From Nitrospirota bacterium (GTDB lineage Bacteria; Nitrospirota; UBA9217), in contig CAVVOB010000016.1 of the NCBI GenBank assembly GCA_963749655.1, positions 106,177-170,176 on the forward strand: DNA of 64,000 nucleotides, in the 5' to 3' direction. Below, piece by piece: positions 62,085-64,000 of the stretch. Both the position numbers and the translations under genes were made by a program. Within the stretch, counting starts at the first letter, position 1. Each line of letters starts with the position of its first letter. Below the pieces are notes generated by a model. It was not told where the DNA came from, searched no databases, and worked only from the letters and a program-made list of their open reading frames with translations.

Positions 62085-62840
62085 TTACAGCGGTCCTTTG
62101 TCTTCTCCCATCGTTTTATGGAGCTTCACCGGCCGCACGCCCCTTTTGCGGGCACTGATGTTCAACATCTCCACGGCAACGGAGAAAGCCATGGCAAAAT
62201 AGACATATCCCTTCGGAATGTGCAGATCGAAACCTTCCGCGATCAGCGTGACGCCGATCAAAACGAGGAAGCTGAGCGCGAGCATTTTGATGGTGGGATG
62301 CTGGTCCACAAACCGTCCGATGCCGCCCGAGGCGAACATCATGACGATCACGGCCAGAATGATGGCGATGATCATGACCGCGACGTCCTGGGCGAGTCCG
62401 ACGGCGGTAATGACCGAATCGAGCGAAAAGACGATGTCGAGGATCGCGATCTGGACCAGGACTGCTCCGAATTTCACCGCCTTCCCCGCCTCCCGGTGCT
62501 CCTCCGCGCCCTCAAGGCTGCCATGGATCTCCATGGTGCTCTTCCAGAGCAGGAAGAGCCCGCCGACGATCAAAATGATGTCCCTTCCCGATACCTCCTG
62601 GCCCAAAACAGTGAACAGCGGCGCTGTCAGCCGCATCACCCAGGTGAGGGAGAGCAGCAGGAGGATCCGGGTGAACATCGCAAGACCGAGGCCGAGGATG
62701 CGCCCCCGTTTACGCTGGTGTCCGGGCAGTCTTCCGACCAGGATCGAGATAAAAATGATGTTGTCGATCCCCAGAACGATCTCGAGCGCCGTGAGGGTGA
62801 GCAGTGCGATCCAGGCTTCAGGGCTGGCAATCCATGTCAT
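62085..62840 (-). CDS. TerC family membrane protein
   Basis: LEIVLGIDNIIFI, DIVFSLDSVITAVG, HPTIKMLALSFL, HIPKGYVYFAM. Confidence 0.92.
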   Translation of the reverse strand: MTWIASPEAWIALLTLTALEIVLGIDNIIFISILVGRLPGHQRKRGRILGLGLAMFTRILLLLSLTWVMRLTAPLFTVLGQEVSGRDIILIVGGLFLLWKSTMEIHGSLEGAEEHREAGKAVKFGAVLVQIAILDIVFSLDSVITAVGLAQDVAVMIIAIILAVIVMMFASGGIGRFVDQHPTIKMLALSFLVLIGVTLIAEGFDLHIPKGYVYFAMAFSVAVEMLNISARKRGVRPVKLHKTMGEDKGPL

Positions 62841-62888
62841 GGGAGGTCCTTCTGCGCAGATTGGGGCGTCGTCATCATGATTCCGCAC

Positions 62889-64000
62889 TTACATTCGTTT
62901 GAACATCTTTTTCAGTTCATCCATTGAGAACCTGATTATTGTCGGCCTGCCATGCGGACAGGAATGGGGCATTCGACAGGCGAACAGGCCGTCCAGCAGG
63001 GCTTCCATCTCCTGCATGGCGAGGCGGCGGTGGACCTTGATCGCGGGATGGCAGGCCATGACGCTCAGGATCTCGTCGCGAAGCGCATCCATTTTCCGGC
63101 TCGTGCCGTGAACGGTCACCTCATCGAGAACGTCGAGCAGCAGCTTCCGGTAATCGGCGCCCACGAGCAGGGACGGGACCGCTTTGATCACGAAGATCCC
63201 CTGTCCGAAATCGTCCACACTGAAGCCGAGCTTCTGCAGTTCGTGAAGGAAGCCGGACAGGAGGGCGGCCTGGGCAGGTCCGAGTTCCAGCTGATCAGGC
63301 ACCAGGAGGTGTTGGACCGGGATCTGGCCGAGGTGAAACTGGTCCTGCAGCTGCTCGAACAGGACGCGTTCATGGGCCGCATGCTGGTCGATGATGGCCA
63401 TTCCCTCGCGTGACTGGGCGATGATGAAGGAATCATGGATCTGGACCAGCGGCACCAGACCGTGTTCAGGGATCAAAAATGGCGCGGGAATTCCCTCTTC
63501 GGCCTCCGCCCTTCGAAAATCGGACCCGGAATCCTGTTGATGGTCCCCTGGCTCCAGATGGCTCTTCCGGCGTCCGTACAGGAACGAGGCCTTTTGTTCG
63601 GCCACGGCCAGATCGGCCTGCATCCGGTCCCGCATGTAGCCTGCGATCGCCTCCCGGGGCCCACCGGGAAATTCCGGCAACGCAGCAGGTACCGGGATGC
63701 CGTGAGAGCGCAACCCCTCACGGATCGTATCGCGGACCAGGTCGTGGAGCTGGGACTGATTACGGAAGCGCACCTCGGCCTTTGCCGGGTGGACATTCAC
63801 GTCAACGAGCGACGGATCGAGATCGATGAAGACAAAGGCCACAGGATGGCGGTCGCGCATGAGAAGGTCGCCGTAGGCGCCGTACAGCGCATGGGACAAC
63901 GACGAATTTCGCACTGCCCGACGGTTCACATAGAAGTCCTGGTAGGTGCGGTCCGCCCGGCTGTAAGCCGGCCGCCCGATGAGCCCATGGATATGGATGT
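62889..64000 (-). CDS. mutL: DNA mismatch repair protein MutL (C-terminal part)
   Basis: VDVNVHPAKAEVRF, IDQHAAHER, ACH, CPHGRP endonuclease motifs. Confidence 0.95.
   Translation of the reverse strand, partial: IHIHGLIGRPAYSRADRTYQDFYVNRRAVRNSSLSHALYGAYGDLLMRDRHPVAFVFIDLDPSLVDVNVHPAKAEVRFRNQSQLHDLVRDTIREGLRSHGIPVPAALPEFPGGPREAIAGYMRDRMQADLAVAEQKASFLYGRRKSHLEPGDHQQDSGSDFRRAEAEEGIPAPFLIPEHGLVPLVQIHDSFIIAQSREGMAIIDQHAAHERVLFEQLQDQFHLGQIPVQHLLVPDQLELGPAQAALLSGFLHELQKLGFSVDDFGQGIFVIKAVPSLLVGADYRKLLLDVLDEVTVHGTSRKMDALRDEILSVMACHPAIKVHRRLAMQEMEALLDGLFACRMPHSCPHGRPTIIRFSMDELKKMFKRM

Noticed and set aside
62841-62888. yybP-ykoY manganese riboswitch before terC
   Set aside because: Only 48 bp separate the mutL stop from the terC start.
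1-64000. tRNA, rRNA, integrase, transposase or prophage genes
   Set aside because: None recognisable by eye or in the ORF track; a covariance-model scan would be needed to exclude small RNAs.

Overview
A GC-rich bacterial chromosomal window. Gene content and order resemble Nitrospirota or Desulfobacterota (inference only). In order it holds: a Geobacter-type type II secretion/pilus cluster (PilMNO(P), a lipoprotein secretin with a C-terminal cohesin-like domain, two pseudopilins, DUF502); a beta-CASP metallo-hydrolase; a cupredoxin/DUF4079 pair; phoBR and pstSCAB-phoU with a clear Pho box; a PAP2 phosphatase and two GT39 transferases; a ~7.25-kb giant surface protein (14 FG-GAP repeats, FN3/Ig repeats, C-terminal dockerin) split at a CCC-TGA site; an envelope-modification run (phosphatase, GT9, flippase-like protein, B12 radical SAM, DegT, dapL-type aminotransferase); mtnA and gcvT; a PstS-like binding protein coupled to an orphan PAS kinase; an aldehyde ferredoxin oxidoreductase with a MoaD-like protein and a radical SAM/SPASM maturase; mscL, copA, Mut7-C, an OMP, rodZ, a TPR pilotin, pfkB, mtnP, hfq, miaA, terC and the 3' end of mutL. 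Many genes carry single-base frameshifts in patches that look like read or assembly errors, so their coordinates are approximate. I saw no rRNA, tRNA, CRISPR array or transposase. The intergenic DNA is rich in short palindromic repeat elements. The best leads are a possible cohesin(secretin)-dockerin(substrate) docking system, a 122-bp structured element present twice, a structured leader on the giant gene, and the binding-protein/kinase sensor pair. All family calls come from motif recognition by eye, not database searches.
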